Positions 10,301 to 19,619 of a stretch of 64,000 nt of DNA are shown here, piece by piece. The translations under genes and the position numbers were made by a program. The notes under the pieces are model-generated. The model was not told the DNA's origin and made no database searches. It saw only the letters and a program-made list of their open reading frames with translations. Within the stretch, counting starts at the first letter, position 1; the number at the start of each line of letters is the position of its first letter. The stretch lies in NCBI GenBank assembly GCA_050010515.1, contig JBEKKX010000004.1:1-64000 (forward strand), written 5' to 3'. The stretch is from Candidatus Bathyarchaeia archaeon. GTDB taxonomy: Archaea > Thermoproteota > Bathyarchaeia > Bathyarchaeales > Bathycorpusculaceae.

Positions 10301-10636
10301 ATTGTACTTTTGCAGGATGCCTTTTTTCTCAAGTTCCAAACCGCAGTTTAATGCGGTTTGTCCACCGAAGCCCAACAGGATGCCGTCGGGGCGTTCTTTT
10401 TCAATAACTTTCTCGACATATTCAGGTGTGACTGGAAGAAGATACACTTTTCCCGACAACCGCGGGTCAGTCTGAATAGTGGCAATGTTAGGATTAACCA
10501 AGACGCTTTCTATGCCTTCTTCACGCAGAGCTTTAAGGCATTGGCTTCCCGAGTAATCAAATTCGGCTGCTTCACCGATTTTTATGGCGCCGCTGCCAAG
10601 AACCAGCACTTTCTTTATCCAGTCAAACTTTGGCAC
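7361..10636 (-). CDS. carB: Carbamoyl-phosphate synthase large subunit
   Basis: GSGAIKIGEAAEFDYSG, duplicated ATP-grasp, GVHTGDS/GVHSGDA, C-terminal MGS domain. 1091 aa. Confidence 0.98.
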   Translation of the reverse strand: MPKFDWIKKVLVLGSGAIKIGEAAEFDYSGSQCLKALREEGIESVLVNPNIATIQTDPRLSGKVYLLPVTPEYVEKVIEKERPDGILLGFGGQTALNCGLELEKKGILQKYNVKVLGTPVHAIEDTGDRERFRQAMLKAGVPPLKSKSATSVKQTLEVADEIGYPIMIRVAYTLGGKGAGVAHNPEELKDIATRGLAQSRISQILIEEYVGHWKEVEYEVMRDYADNCLTVCNMENFDPMGVHTGDSIVVAPSQTLSNREYHLIRSTSINAIRSLGIVGECNIQWALNAKSEEYRVIEVNSRMSRSSALASKVTGYPLAYIATKLTLGYLLPELINKVTEVTTACFEPALDYITVKIPRWDLQKFKNADRHIGPQMRSVGEVMAIGRCFEEALQKAVRMLDTGKIGLVCNPEDSEPEPEERIRDVLANPTDERLYTIVKALKMGIPIAEIYRLSGVDPFFLHKIQNIINMEADLRQLNLAEGSAAEVIREAKRIGFSDEQIAKCQCTDESTIRTFRKSANILPVVKQIDTLAAEWPAKTNYLYLTYGGDEDDIELTSNKSKVIVLGAGVFRIGSSVEFDWCGVNTIWALKKNGIQEAIMVNYNPETVSTDYDVSDKLYFEELTNERILDIYEKENPLGVITSVGGQIPNNLAMGLSNAGVKLLGTSAENVDLAEDRSKFSALLDQLQISQPSWSKLLSISEAKRFAEKIGYPVIVRPSYVLSGSAMRVAYNEESLENFLKLAAKVSRDHPVVISKFINRAKEVEVDGVSDGETVLIGAIMEHVENAGVHSGDATMTIPPQALKVEVQKKIEDCTLRIVKALKIHGPYNIQYLVKDDVVNVIECNLRASRSMPFVSKTRGINLIDLATLAMLGKKIDGIKLSPMTVAPHVGVKVPQFSFMRLSGADPVLGVEMLSTGEVACLGENFSDAFFKALQSAEFNIPPNDGAVFISVGGDEERKKRVVPIAKAFADMGVKIYATAHTAKVLNEAGVNATMLHKVKEAEANPNILDYLQERKIDLVINVPIANRQNSFSDILTDGYIIRRKAVEFNVPVITNLQLAAALVEVLKQRGQNGTSIRSLNEYMDDLPWKLW

Positions 10637-10638
10637 GC

Positions 10639-11784
10639 TTAAGTAACCTCCAACATCTTTGCAAACTTATCAAACAGCAATTCAGTATCGTATGGTCCTG
10701 GCGAGGCTTCCGGGTGCCATTGTACAGCAAAGACTGGTTTGTTTTTGTGTTTGATGCCTTCAGTGGTTTTGTCGTTGGCGTTTATGAACCAAGTTTCCAA
10801 CGGCGTTCTCTTCAGGGATTCTATGTCTACAGCGTAACCGTGATTTTGAGTTGTAATATAGCAACGTCTGCTGTTGAGGTCTAGGGCTGGTTGGTTTTGG
10901 GCTCGGTGACCAAACTTTAACTTATAAGTATCTCCGCCCAACGCCAGCGCCAGTATTTGGGCGCCAAGGCAAATGCCCATAAATGGAACCTTATCAACCA
11001 CTTCGCGGACACACTCGATTGTTTTCACGCATTTCTTAGGGTCTCCTGGACCGTTGCTTAAGAAAACACCGTCAGGATTGTAAGCCATGACTTCGCTGGC
11101 TGAAGTGTCATAGGGCACGCGTACAACGTTTATGCCTCGTTTAAGCAGGTTTCGGATGATGCTGTATTTGGCTCCGCAGTCAAGTAGGACAACGGTTTTT
11201 TTGCCTCCAACATTGTATTGGACTGGCATTTTCACTGAAACTTCCTTAACCAAATCAGTCAAGTTAGGGTCAGCAATGTCTTTGCCGTTCTTTAAGAGAG
11301 CATCCAAATTAGGCTCTTCATTGGCGTCGAAAACCTGCAAAATCCCCAGCATGACACCGTGGGTTCTAAGTTTCTTTGTTAAGCGTCTGGTGTCAACGCC
11401 GTATATTCCTGGGACGCCTTCGTCTAATAGCCACTTGTCTAGGGTTCTTGTTGACGCCCAATGATACGGTTCATGGCATAACTCGTGAATTACTAAGCCT
11501 TGTACTTGAATGTGGTCTGACTCGAAATAGAGCGGAAGGCCTAGGTTTAATTCGTTTGATGGAACGCCATAGTTGCCTACAAGCGGGTAAGTCAGGGTTA
11601 AAACTTGACCTTTATACGATGGATCAGTAAGCGCTTCTGGATAACCAACCATTTGAGTTGAGAATACTACTTCGCCTGAGATTTTTCCTGTTGCTCCAAA
11701 ACCGTTACCGATAAATGACGTTCCGTCTTCAAGAAGCAGAATCGCTTTTTTATTTTTGTTGAACGTGCTATGTTGTGGGACCAA
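10639..11784 (-). CDS. carA: Carbamoyl-phosphate synthase small subunit
   Basis: LLLEDG, TDPSYKGQ, SNGPGDP, GICLG, QNHGY, QWHPEASPGP. Confidence 0.98.
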   Translation of the reverse strand: MVPQHSTFNKNKKAILLLEDGTSFIGNGFGATGKISGEVVFSTQMVGYPEALTDPSYKGQVLTLTYPLVGNYGVPSNELNLGLPLYFESDHIQVQGLVIHELCHEPYHWASTRTLDKWLLDEGVPGIYGVDTRRLTKKLRTHGVMLGILQVFDANEEPNLDALLKNGKDIADPNLTDLVKEVSVKMPVQYNVGGKKTVVLLDCGAKYSIIRNLLKRGINVVRVPYDTSASEVMAYNPDGVFLSNGPGDPKKCVKTIECVREVVDKVPFMGICLGAQILALALGGDTYKLKFGHRAQNQPALDLNSRRCYITTQNHGYAVDIESLKRTPLETWFINANDKTTEGIKHKNKPVFAVQWHPEASPGPYDTELLFDKFAKMLEVT

Positions 11785-11797
11785 AGCCCTATTCTAC

Positions 11798-13309
11798 CTA
11801 TAAGTTTGGATTTTTAAGTCTTACGTTTAATGGAGAGTTTGAAAGAGAGTAAGATTCTACGATGGAGTTGAGGGTGCCTTCTGCGTTTGCAAGGTTCTGT
11901 TTGAGTTTAGATATGTTGTTTTTGGAACTTACCATGTTCTTTTTTCGTGCTGTGATGGCTCTTTCAACCTTGACGGGTGAAGGACCGCCTTGTACTTTAT
12001 ATGTTTCGATTATTTTGCGTGGATTTGTGCATTCAACCATGTCCTGTTTCTTAACCATTAATTTGATTCCAACCGCTTGCTGAGCTACCTTTTGCAGGAG
12101 TTCAGGCGTCGCATCCACTAAAGTTTGCTTTGAATCAATCAGCGACTTGACAAGAGCGCCAACTATCTTGTGCGAGGTTCGGAAAGCAACATTGTATTTG
12201 CGCACAAGCATGTTAGCAAATTCCGTTGCGCCTACAAAGCCTGCTCCAGCTTTACTTTCAACGTTTGTTGACACTTTCAAGTTAGGCACAAGCTGTGAGA
12301 ATATGCTCAGTGAGCTGGCTAAGTTGTCTATTGAAGCCCAAAGTTTCGGCGTTACCTCTTGGAAATCAAGATTATACGTTGTTGGTAGACTCTTTAGGGC
12401 AGCAGCCGAAGCCACAAAATCGCCGAGCGCATAGCTGGCTCTTGCACGGATAACTTCAAGCACTTCTGGATTCTTTTTTTGCGGCATGATGCTGCTTGTT
12501 GATGTAAAATCGTCTGGCAACTCGACTGTGCCGAACTCTGATGAGCTCCAAATTATCAGATCCTCAGCTAAGCGGCTTAAATTCACTGCAAGCAACGTTA
12601 GTGCGGCTTGGGTTTCAAGTATGAAGTCTCGGCTGCCAACAGCATCAATCGAATTCTCCAACACTGCGTTGAAGCCTAAGAGTTCAGCAGTTCTTTTACG
12701 GTTTATTGGGAAACTTGTTGTTGCTAATGCTCCAGAACCGAGAGGGCACAGGTTAACCCGTTCATAAGCGCCCCGAAGTCTCTCTAAATCACGCTCTAAC
12801 CCTTGAACATGTGATAGCAAGTAGTGTGCAAATGTGACGGGCTGCGCAGCTTGCAGGTGAGTATATTCCAAAATAACCGTGTCGAGGTGTTTGCTGGCTG
12901 TGTCTAGGAGGCTTTCCTGCATCTTCAAAACCTTAAGCATCAATTCAACGAGTTCATTTCGGAGTTGCATGCGGATGGCGGTTGTGACTTGGTCGTTTCT
13001 GCTTTTTGCGATGTGCAGGTTGCCGCCGACTTCAGGTCCAGTTTCTTGGAGAACTGCTTCTTCAACTGCCATATGAACGTCTTCAGCAGAAGGGTCAAGC
13101 TTAACGTTGGACAACCTGGAAAGAGCTTTTAGGATTTTTGCTCCATCTTGCCGCTGTATTATTTTCTGCTCCATCAGCATGACAACGTGGGCTTTGTTGA
13201 TGTCAACTACAGCCATGGCTAAGCGCTCATCATCTTTTCGTGAAGAAGTAAACTTAGCAACATCTTCACGCACAGACGTTAGCCGTCCGCCATGCAGTAT
13301 CTTTGACAC
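11798..13309 (-). CDS. argH: Argininosuccinate lyase
   Basis: SRNDQV, YTHLQAAQP, TSSIMPQKKNP signature. Confidence 0.97.
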   Translation of the reverse strand: MSKILHGGRLTSVREDVAKFTSSRKDDERLAMAVVDINKAHVVMLMEQKIIQRQDGAKILKALSRLSNVKLDPSAEDVHMAVEEAVLQETGPEVGGNLHIAKSRNDQVTTAIRMQLRNELVELMLKVLKMQESLLDTASKHLDTVILEYTHLQAAQPVTFAHYLLSHVQGLERDLERLRGAYERVNLCPLGSGALATTSFPINRKRTAELLGFNAVLENSIDAVGSRDFILETQAALTLLAVNLSRLAEDLIIWSSSEFGTVELPDDFTSTSSIMPQKKNPEVLEVIRARASYALGDFVASAAALKSLPTTYNLDFQEVTPKLWASIDNLASSLSIFSQLVPNLKVSTNVESKAGAGFVGATEFANMLVRKYNVAFRTSHKIVGALVKSLIDSKQTLVDATPELLQKVAQQAVGIKLMVKKQDMVECTNPRKIIETYKVQGGPSPVKVERAITARKKNMVSSKNNISKLKQNLANAEGTLNSIVESYSLSNSPLNVRLKNPNL

Positions 13310-13325
13310 TTACTCGCCCTCCAGC

Positions 13326-14564
13326 TTACTCACCATTTACTCCGGCTTTCTTGGTTTTCTCAGCCGCTTTTTTGCCTGACTTTTTAAGAGCATTGTACAT
13401 TCTTGTCTGGAGTCCCCACAGTTCAATGAAGCCTTTAGAGTAGGACTGGTTGAACGTAGTTTTGATGTTGTAATTAGCTAGGTTTTTGTCGTAGAGCGAC
13501 ATTGGCGATGAGCGTCCGATAACTTGCAAACTGCCCTTATAGAGTTTAAGTTTGACTTCTCCAGTGACGTTTTCTTGGGACTTGTTGATGAAAGCATCAA
13601 GGTCATCTTTGAGCGGATCAACCCATAAGCCAGCGTAAGCTAAAAATACCCACTGAGCATCGATTTGCTGCTTGAACAGGACTTCATGCCGTGTCATCAC
13701 CATCTTTTCAAGGTCCTTGTGAGCTTCCAAAATGGCTGTGGCAGCTGGGCACTCATAAACTTCCCTAGATTTTATGCCGACTAGGCGGTCTTCAATATGG
13801 TCTATTCGTCCAACGCCATGTTTGCCAGCGATTTTATTCATCGTTTCTATAAGTTCAAGTGGCTTCATGCTTTCATTGTTAACGGCCACTGGCACACCAC
13901 CCTCAAATTTTAAGGTGACCAGTTCTGGCGTGTTTGGTGCCTTTTCAGCTGAAACCGTCCATTCGTAAGCGTCTTCAGGCGGCGCTTGGCTTGCGTCTTC
14001 AAGCAGCCCGCATTCGATTGCTCTTCCCCAAACGCTGGCGTCTATGCTGTACTTTTTAGCTGCATCGGAGACGGGGATGCCTTTGGTTTTTGCGTAAGCG
14101 ATTTCTTCTTCGCGTGTCATGCCCCACTCGCGTACGGGCGCGATTATTTTTTTGTCTGGTGCTAAGGAGCCAAGTGTCACGTCAAAGCGTACTTGGTCGT
14201 TGCCTCTTCCTGTGCAGCCGTGCGCTAGGGCTGTGGCGCCTTCTTTTTCGGCAACTTCAACCATCTTTGACGCGATCAGTGGTCGTGAAAGGCTTGTGCT
14301 TATCGGATACTTCCCCTCGTACAGAGCGTTGGCTTTTATGGCGGGGAAAATGTAGTCTTTTGCAAATTCGTCTTTTGCATCGATTGAAAAATGTTTGAGA
14401 ACTCCGAGTTTTTTGGCTTTTTCCTCAGCCGCTTTGAGGTCTTCTTGTTGGCCAACATCTACGGTTACGGTTATTACTTGTGCGTTGTATTTTTCTTGGA
14501 GGTACTTGATTAATACGGATGTGTCTAATCCGCCTGAATATGCTAACACGATTTTTTCTGTTAT
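13326..14564 (-). CDS. argG: Argininosuccinate synthase (start codon uncertain, possibly ATA)
   Basis: KIVLAYSGGLDTS, AHGCTGRGNDQVRF, GIKSREVYE. The track ATG at 14630 abuts the TATA box, so it is unlikely to be the start. Confidence 0.96.
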   Translation of the reverse strand: MTEKIVLAYSGGLDTSVLIKYLQEKYNAQVITVTVDVGQQEDLKAAEEKAKKLGVLKHFSIDAKDEFAKDYIFPAIKANALYEGKYPISTSLSRPLIASKMVEVAEKEGATALAHGCTGRGNDQVRFDVTLGSLAPDKKIIAPVREWGMTREEEIAYAKTKGIPVSDAAKKYSIDASVWGRAIECGLLEDASQAPPEDAYEWTVSAEKAPNTPELVTLKFEGGVPVAVNNESMKPLELIETMNKIAGKHGVGRIDHIEDRLVGIKSREVYECPAATAILEAHKDLEKMVMTRHEVLFKQQIDAQWVFLAYAGLWVDPLKDDLDAFINKSQENVTGEVKLKLYKGSLQVIGRSSPMSLYDKNLANYNIKTTFNQSYSKGFIELWGLQTRMYNALKKSGKKAAEKTKKAGVNGE

Positions 14565-14620
14565 TTTTTTGCTCCCCCATTTTTTGCTGTGAATTATTCC
14601 CCTAACCTTCAATGCTGTAT

Positions 14621-14647
14621 TTTTAAACATTGTGACTTTTTTGTTAC
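14621..14647 (-). promoter_or_regulatory. TATA box plus upstream imperfect palindrome (putative operator) of the argG operon
   Basis: Minus strand GTAAC-AAAAAA-GTCAC-AATG-TTTAAAA. 25/27 identical to 44807-44833. Confidence 0.75.
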
Positions 14648-14691
14648 TTAATAAAATTTAAATGTGCCATTTGATACAATCAGTAGCTATT

Positions 14692-15270
14692 ATGACAATA
14701 GCTCAAAATGTAAGAAATCACCTGCGAAACAAACCATACCTGCTGGAAGCTCTAGAAAAAGGCATAGTAAACCTAAGCGAGTTATCAAGACAAATACAAA
14801 AAGATTTGAAAACCGATGACGTAAGTGCCATAAAAGCCGCCTTACGCCGCTATTCAGGAGAACTGCGAAAGCACAAGCAGAAAAGAGAAGAAAAAGTACT
14901 CCAACTCCTGAAACGAAGCGGCATAGCCGTTTATGACCGAAAATCCGTCATGATAACTGGTAAAGAAATTAACTCGAAAACTGGTATGAAAGTGGATTTA
15001 ATGGATAAATTCGTTTACCTGCTTGATAGAAGCGATTTGCCTGAACGCATAAGTGCTCTCGTTAAACATGATAACTGCACCATGATCGTTGTCCATTCAC
15101 CTGAGGAACTGGAGGTAACGCCGGGGGTTGTCGCGTTCCTGGCCACATTGCTGGCAGAACAGAACGTGAACATTGTTGAGTTCATTTCCTGTTGGACGGA
15201 AACTATAATTGTGGTTGAGAAAAAAGACAGCCTAAAAACCTATGAGGTTTTGTCTAGTATGGTAGGTTAA
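14692..15270 (+). CDS. ACT-domain-containing putative regulator of amino-acid metabolism
   Basis: GIVNLSELSRQI HTH-like segment, AIKAALRR, C-terminal ACT (TPGVVAFLATLLAEQNVNIVEFISCWTET). Confidence 0.82.
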   Translation: MTIAQNVRNHLRNKPYLLEALEKGIVNLSELSRQIQKDLKTDDVSAIKAALRRYSGELRKHKQKREEKVLQLLKRSGIAVYDRKSVMITGKEINSKTGMKVDLMDKFVYLLDRSDLPERISALVKHDNCTMIVVHSPEELEVTPGVVAFLATLLAEQNVNIVEFISCWTETIIVVEKKDSLKTYEVLSSMVG

Positions 15271-15374
15271 GAAGTGCATGGGAACAACAAAATTAATAAT
15301 GCCACAGGTGATATTTCAGCTACAGCTTGCGTTACCATGCCATGAAAAGGCGTTTATCCAATGAAGATGAAATC

Positions 15375-16628
15375 ATGACACATCAAGAATGCATAAACTG
15401 CAAAGCAAAATATGATATTGATGAGATTATTTATTTCTGCGAGAAATGCGGAGACATCCTTGAAATAAAATTCGACTTTAAAGAGTTAGCCGAAACCCTC
15501 AAAAGCAGCGACTGGAAAACAAAGCCCTTATCCGTTTGGCGATACCGCGACTTCATGCCCATCCACGAAGCCGCACATATAGTCACGCTAAACGAAGGCG
15601 GCACGGGGCTGCACCGTTCCCAACGCTTAGGCGACGAACTAGGACTAAAACAACTGTACGTTAAGAATGAGGGCGAAAACCCCACAGGCAGCTTTAAAGA
15701 CCGAGGCATGACCGTGGGCGTCACAAAAGCCGTTGAGCTCGGCGCGAGGCATGTAATCTGCGCTTCAACAGGCAACACTTCCGCAAGCTTAGCCGCTTAC
15801 GCAGCAAGGGCAGGAATCAACTGCACTGTTCTTATTCCTTCTGGTAAGATTGCTTATGGAAAATTGGCGCAAGCGATGATTCACGGCGCCAAAGTTTTGC
15901 AGGTCCGCGGCAACTTTGATCAAGCCTTAGAATTCGTGCTTAAACTGGCTGAGAAGCACAAAAGTATTTACCTTCTTAATTCGATTAACCCGTTTCGTAT
16001 TGAAGGACAGAAATCTTTGGGTTATGAAATTTGCGAGCAACTAAACAATGAGGCACTTGACAGAATCATTGTGCCCGTTGGCAACGCTGGGAACATAAGC
16101 GCCATCTGGAAAGGCTTAACCGAATTCCACAAACTCGGCTTCATAAAAACACTGCCAAAAATGACAGGCATACAAGCCGCTGGCTCCGCACCCATAGCGC
16201 AAGCAATCAAAACTAATAGCAACCAAATCATCCCCGTCGAGAAACCTGAAACCGTCGCCACAGCCATCCGAATCGGCGCTCCAGTAAGCTGGAAAAAAGC
16301 CGTAAACGCCATCCGCGAATCACATGGAACCGCTGAAACCGTTACCGATGAGGAAATTTTGGATGCCCAGAAATTGCTTGCACGAATTGAGGGCATTTTT
16401 GTGGAGCCTGCGAGTGCATCTTCCATTGCTGGGCTGATGAAGCTTGTTAAGAACGGCGTTATCGGCAAGGATGAGCGAGTAGTCTGCGTAACCACGGGCC
16501 ACGGGCTCAAGGATCCGGACACGGCAATCAAGCAATGTGAAAAACCAATAGAAGTTGATGCTGACATATTTGCTATAGAGCAGGCTTTGGGTTTAAAAGC
16601 GCAAAGAGCACCTATTCTCGCAAGGTGA
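15375..16628 (+). CDS. thrC: Threonine synthase
   Basis: N-terminal CxxC..CxxC, NPTGSFKDRG, ASTGNTSAS, VPVGNAGN, TGHGLKDP. Confidence 0.97.
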   Translation: MTHQECINCKAKYDIDEIIYFCEKCGDILEIKFDFKELAETLKSSDWKTKPLSVWRYRDFMPIHEAAHIVTLNEGGTGLHRSQRLGDELGLKQLYVKNEGENPTGSFKDRGMTVGVTKAVELGARHVICASTGNTSASLAAYAARAGINCTVLIPSGKIAYGKLAQAMIHGAKVLQVRGNFDQALEFVLKLAEKHKSIYLLNSINPFRIEGQKSLGYEICEQLNNEALDRIIVPVGNAGNISAIWKGLTEFHKLGFIKTLPKMTGIQAAGSAPIAQAIKTNSNQIIPVEKPETVATAIRIGAPVSWKKAVNAIRESHGTAETVTDEEILDAQKLLARIEGIFVEPASASSIAGLMKLVKNGVIGKDERVVCVTTGHGLKDPDTAIKQCEKPIEVDADIFAIEQALGLKAQRAPILAR

Positions 16629-16631
16629 GAC

Positions 16632-17678
16632 ATGAAGATGAGGATTATCCTGATTGGCTACGGCGTGGTGGGGCAGGGCTTAACCAGTATTCTGCAGCGT
16701 AGGCACGCTGAAACCGTCAAGGATTACGGTTTTAACCCAAAAATCGTTGCTGTCGTCGATAAAGATGGTGCAGCCATAAACCCAAGAGGCTTAAGCCTAG
16801 CGAAGTTGGAAGCGCTGAAGAAAAAGGGTTCAGTGTCAGAAGACACAGAGTTTGGTCACCCTAAAATGTCTGCGTTGGACGTTATTGAGTCGGTTGAAGC
16901 TGAAGTGGTGGTTGAAGCCACACCCACCAACGTGAAGAACGGTGAACCAGCATTATCGCACATTACTAAAGCATTCAAAACGGGAAAGCACGTGGTCACC
17001 ACCAACAAAGGACCACTAGCCTTAGCCATGCCTGCCCTGACAGAGTTAGCTGATTATAACCAGGTTTATCTGCGGTTCAGCGGTACCGTCGGCGGTGGAA
17101 CACCCATGTTGGAGTTTGCCAAGAAGTGTCTTGCAGGCGACAAAATACTTGCTATACGAGGTATACTAAACGGCACAACCAACTACATTCTGACAGAAAT
17201 GGCTGAAAAACACGTAACCTTTCAGCAAGCACTTTCAAGTGCCCAGAAGCTGGGTTATGCCGAAACTGATCCTTCTATGGATGTTGACGGGTTAGATACA
17301 GCCTGCAAAGTAGTTATCATGGCGAACTGGATAATGAACAAGAAATTAACGCTAAAAAACGTGGACATAAAGGGAATTCGTGACGTGTCCTTGCAGGCGC
17401 TTGATGAAGCTGCTAAGAGAGGTAATACAATCAAGCTTATCGGATCAATCGACGGCGACAAACCAACCGTCAAACCAATGGAAATAGCAAAAAATAACCC
17501 ATTATGCGTAAGCGGGGTTCTTAACGCAGTAACTTTCGTTTCAGAATTTGCTGGCGAAGAGACAATTGTCGGTCGAGGGGCAGGTGGAATGGAGACTGCC
17601 AGTGCAGTTTTAAGAGACCTCTTAGATATAAGACATAAGTTAGCAAATCGACTGCTAAGCAATAATTCGGAGAAGTAA
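16632..17678 (+). CDS. hom: Homoserine dehydrogenase
   Basis: GYGVVG, VVTTNKGP, TVGGGTP, GILNGTTNYIL, GRGAGGMETA. Confidence 0.96.
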   Translation: MKMRIILIGYGVVGQGLTSILQRRHAETVKDYGFNPKIVAVVDKDGAAINPRGLSLAKLEALKKKGSVSEDTEFGHPKMSALDVIESVEAEVVVEATPTNVKNGEPALSHITKAFKTGKHVVTTNKGPLALAMPALTELADYNQVYLRFSGTVGGGTPMLEFAKKCLAGDKILAIRGILNGTTNYILTEMAEKHVTFQQALSSAQKLGYAETDPSMDVDGLDTACKVVIMANWIMNKKLTLKNVDIKGIRDVSLQALDEAAKRGNTIKLIGSIDGDKPTVKPMEIAKNNPLCVSGVLNAVTFVSEFAGEETIVGRGAGGMETASAVLRDLLDIRHKLANRLLSNNSEK

Positions 17679-17680
17679 AA

Positions 17681-19093
17681 ATGAAGAAAATAGTGATGAA
17701 GTTCGGTGGGACCAGCGTAGCCACAGGCGAAAACATTCGTCATGTAGCCGATTTAGTTACCCTAAATGCTAAAAATGATTGCAGAGTTGCTGTAGTGGTT
17801 TCGGCGTTAGCAGGTGTCACAAATGAGCTCCTAGAGATTGCTGAGCAGGCCAAAAAAAGCGATGAAAAACACATTCAAGCGTTCACTAAAGAGCTGTTGG
17901 GTAATCATTTGGCAGCGATTTCAACGGCTATAACCAGCAAGCAAATACAAAAGGAAGTAACGCAAATCACTGAGAAGACCATCGCTGAGCTGGAGAAGGT
18001 TCTAACAGGCATATGCTATGTTGGCGAGCTTACGCCGAAATCTAAAGATTACGTTTTATCCTTTGGCGAACGGTTATCTACACCCATCGTTTGGGGCGCC
18101 ATAAAAGACCTCAAGTTCGAAACGCAATTCTTCACAGGCAAAGAAGCAGGCATAGTGACGGACTCCAACTTTGGCGAAGCAGACCCGCTCATGAACTTCA
18201 CCACCCACCTAATCCGCGAAAGGCTCGCGCCACTGATTGAGAAAGGCGTGATCCCAGTTGTAACAGGATACATTGCTGCTAACCAAGATGGAATAGTGAC
18301 CACGGTCGGGCGCGGCGGGTCCGATTATACAGCCACGATTTTAGGTGTTGCATTAGGCGTTGATGAAGTCTGGATATGGACAGATGTGGATGGCATAATG
18401 ACTACTGATCCAAAAATAGTTCCCTCAGCCAAAATGTTACCACAACTCAGCTATCAAGAAGCCGCAGAAATGGCGATTTTTGGTGCAAAAGCCATGCATC
18501 CACGCGCTTTAGAACCAGTAATCAAAGAAAACATCCCAGTGAGGATACGCAACATTTTCCACCCAGAAAATCCTGGCACATTAATAACCAAAGAACCCTA
18601 CGCTAAAGCAACGGAAGTTGTGAAAGCCGTAGCAATGATAAAAGAGGTTGCCATGCTAAACGTTAATGGCGCAGGAATGGTGGGCGCGCCTGGAAGTTAC
18701 GCTAAAGTGTTTGATGTTTTAGGCAAAAACAACATTAACGTTATGATGATTTCCACCGCTGCTTCGGAAGCTAACATCTCAATGATTATCCGCCGAGAGC
18801 TTTTAGGCAGGGCTATTAGCAACCTTGAAATTGCACTGTTAGACAGAGGCGGCTTAGTCAGCGAAGTTTCAGCTGAAGACGACGTTGCCGTAATAGCTGT
18901 TATGGGCGCCAACATGAAAGGAACCTTAGGCGTAGCCTCAAAAATCTTCACCACAGTCGCCAAAAAAGGCATAAACATCCGCATGATTGCACAAGGCAGC
19001 TCAGAACTAAACATCTCATTCGTTGTCAAAGAAAAAGACGGCACAGCGGTAGTTCGAGCCATCCACAAAGAATTCAACCTAGACAAGATTTAG
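17681..19093 (+). CDS. lysC: Aspartate kinase
   Basis: VMKFGGTS, GRGGSDYTA, WTDVDG, two C-terminal ACT domains. Confidence 0.96.
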   Translation: MKKIVMKFGGTSVATGENIRHVADLVTLNAKNDCRVAVVVSALAGVTNELLEIAEQAKKSDEKHIQAFTKELLGNHLAAISTAITSKQIQKEVTQITEKTIAELEKVLTGICYVGELTPKSKDYVLSFGERLSTPIVWGAIKDLKFETQFFTGKEAGIVTDSNFGEADPLMNFTTHLIRERLAPLIEKGVIPVVTGYIAANQDGIVTTVGRGGSDYTATILGVALGVDEVWIWTDVDGIMTTDPKIVPSAKMLPQLSYQEAAEMAIFGAKAMHPRALEPVIKENIPVRIRNIFHPENPGTLITKEPYAKATEVVKAVAMIKEVAMLNVNGAGMVGAPGSYAKVFDVLGKNNINVMMISTAASEANISMIIRRELLGRAISNLEIALLDRGGLVSEVSAEDDVAVIAVMGANMKGTLGVASKIFTTVAKKGINIRMIAQGSSELNISFVVKEKDGTAVVRAIHKEFNLDKI

Positions 19094-19470
19094 ATTTCAT
19101 AGCCATAAAGTGCCCGAAGTTCAATTAACAGCGAGTTTTTCGGATGACTAAGTTACCCATCTATCTCTTCATTTTTCTATTTAGTTATTGGTCGCCTCAA
19201 GCATCAGAAAACCGCGCAAGACTTTATGGACAAATTGAACAGGCTTGAAGGAGTCATGATACCTAAGCACGAAAATGAATTTCTGCGGAAAGCTTCCAAT
19301 TAATCAACGATTGATCTTCAAAGGAAATCTTTTGATCTCCGAGTCATTTTCTTTTGCTCACCATAAGAAACGATGATTTTGTCACCAATTCTCAAAAATG
19401 AAAACGAGTAAGCTTGCCAAAGCTAGCTTTTTGCAGAAAGCTCGGCTGTTCTTGGCACTGCGGTGTCTGA

Positions 19471-19575
19471 TTATAAAACCAGAATTATGAAAATAACCAA
19501 GACAATGACTGCGACAGTGAGTATCTTATTTGTCGTTTCTAATCTTCTAACCGTTTTTTCCAAGGAATTTTCCAT
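19471..19575 (-). CDS. 34-aa tail-anchored micro-protein (below the ORF track cutoff)
   Basis: MENSLEKTVRRLETTNKILTVAVIVLVIFIILVL*, preceded by GGAGG. Resembles the C-terminus of the upstream gene. Confidence 0.6.
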   Translation of the reverse strand: MENSLEKTVRRLETTNKILTVAVIVLVIFIILVL

Positions 19576-19619
19576 TTTTCATTCCTCCATTCAACTGAGC
19601 AATTTTCCATTCTTCAGCA

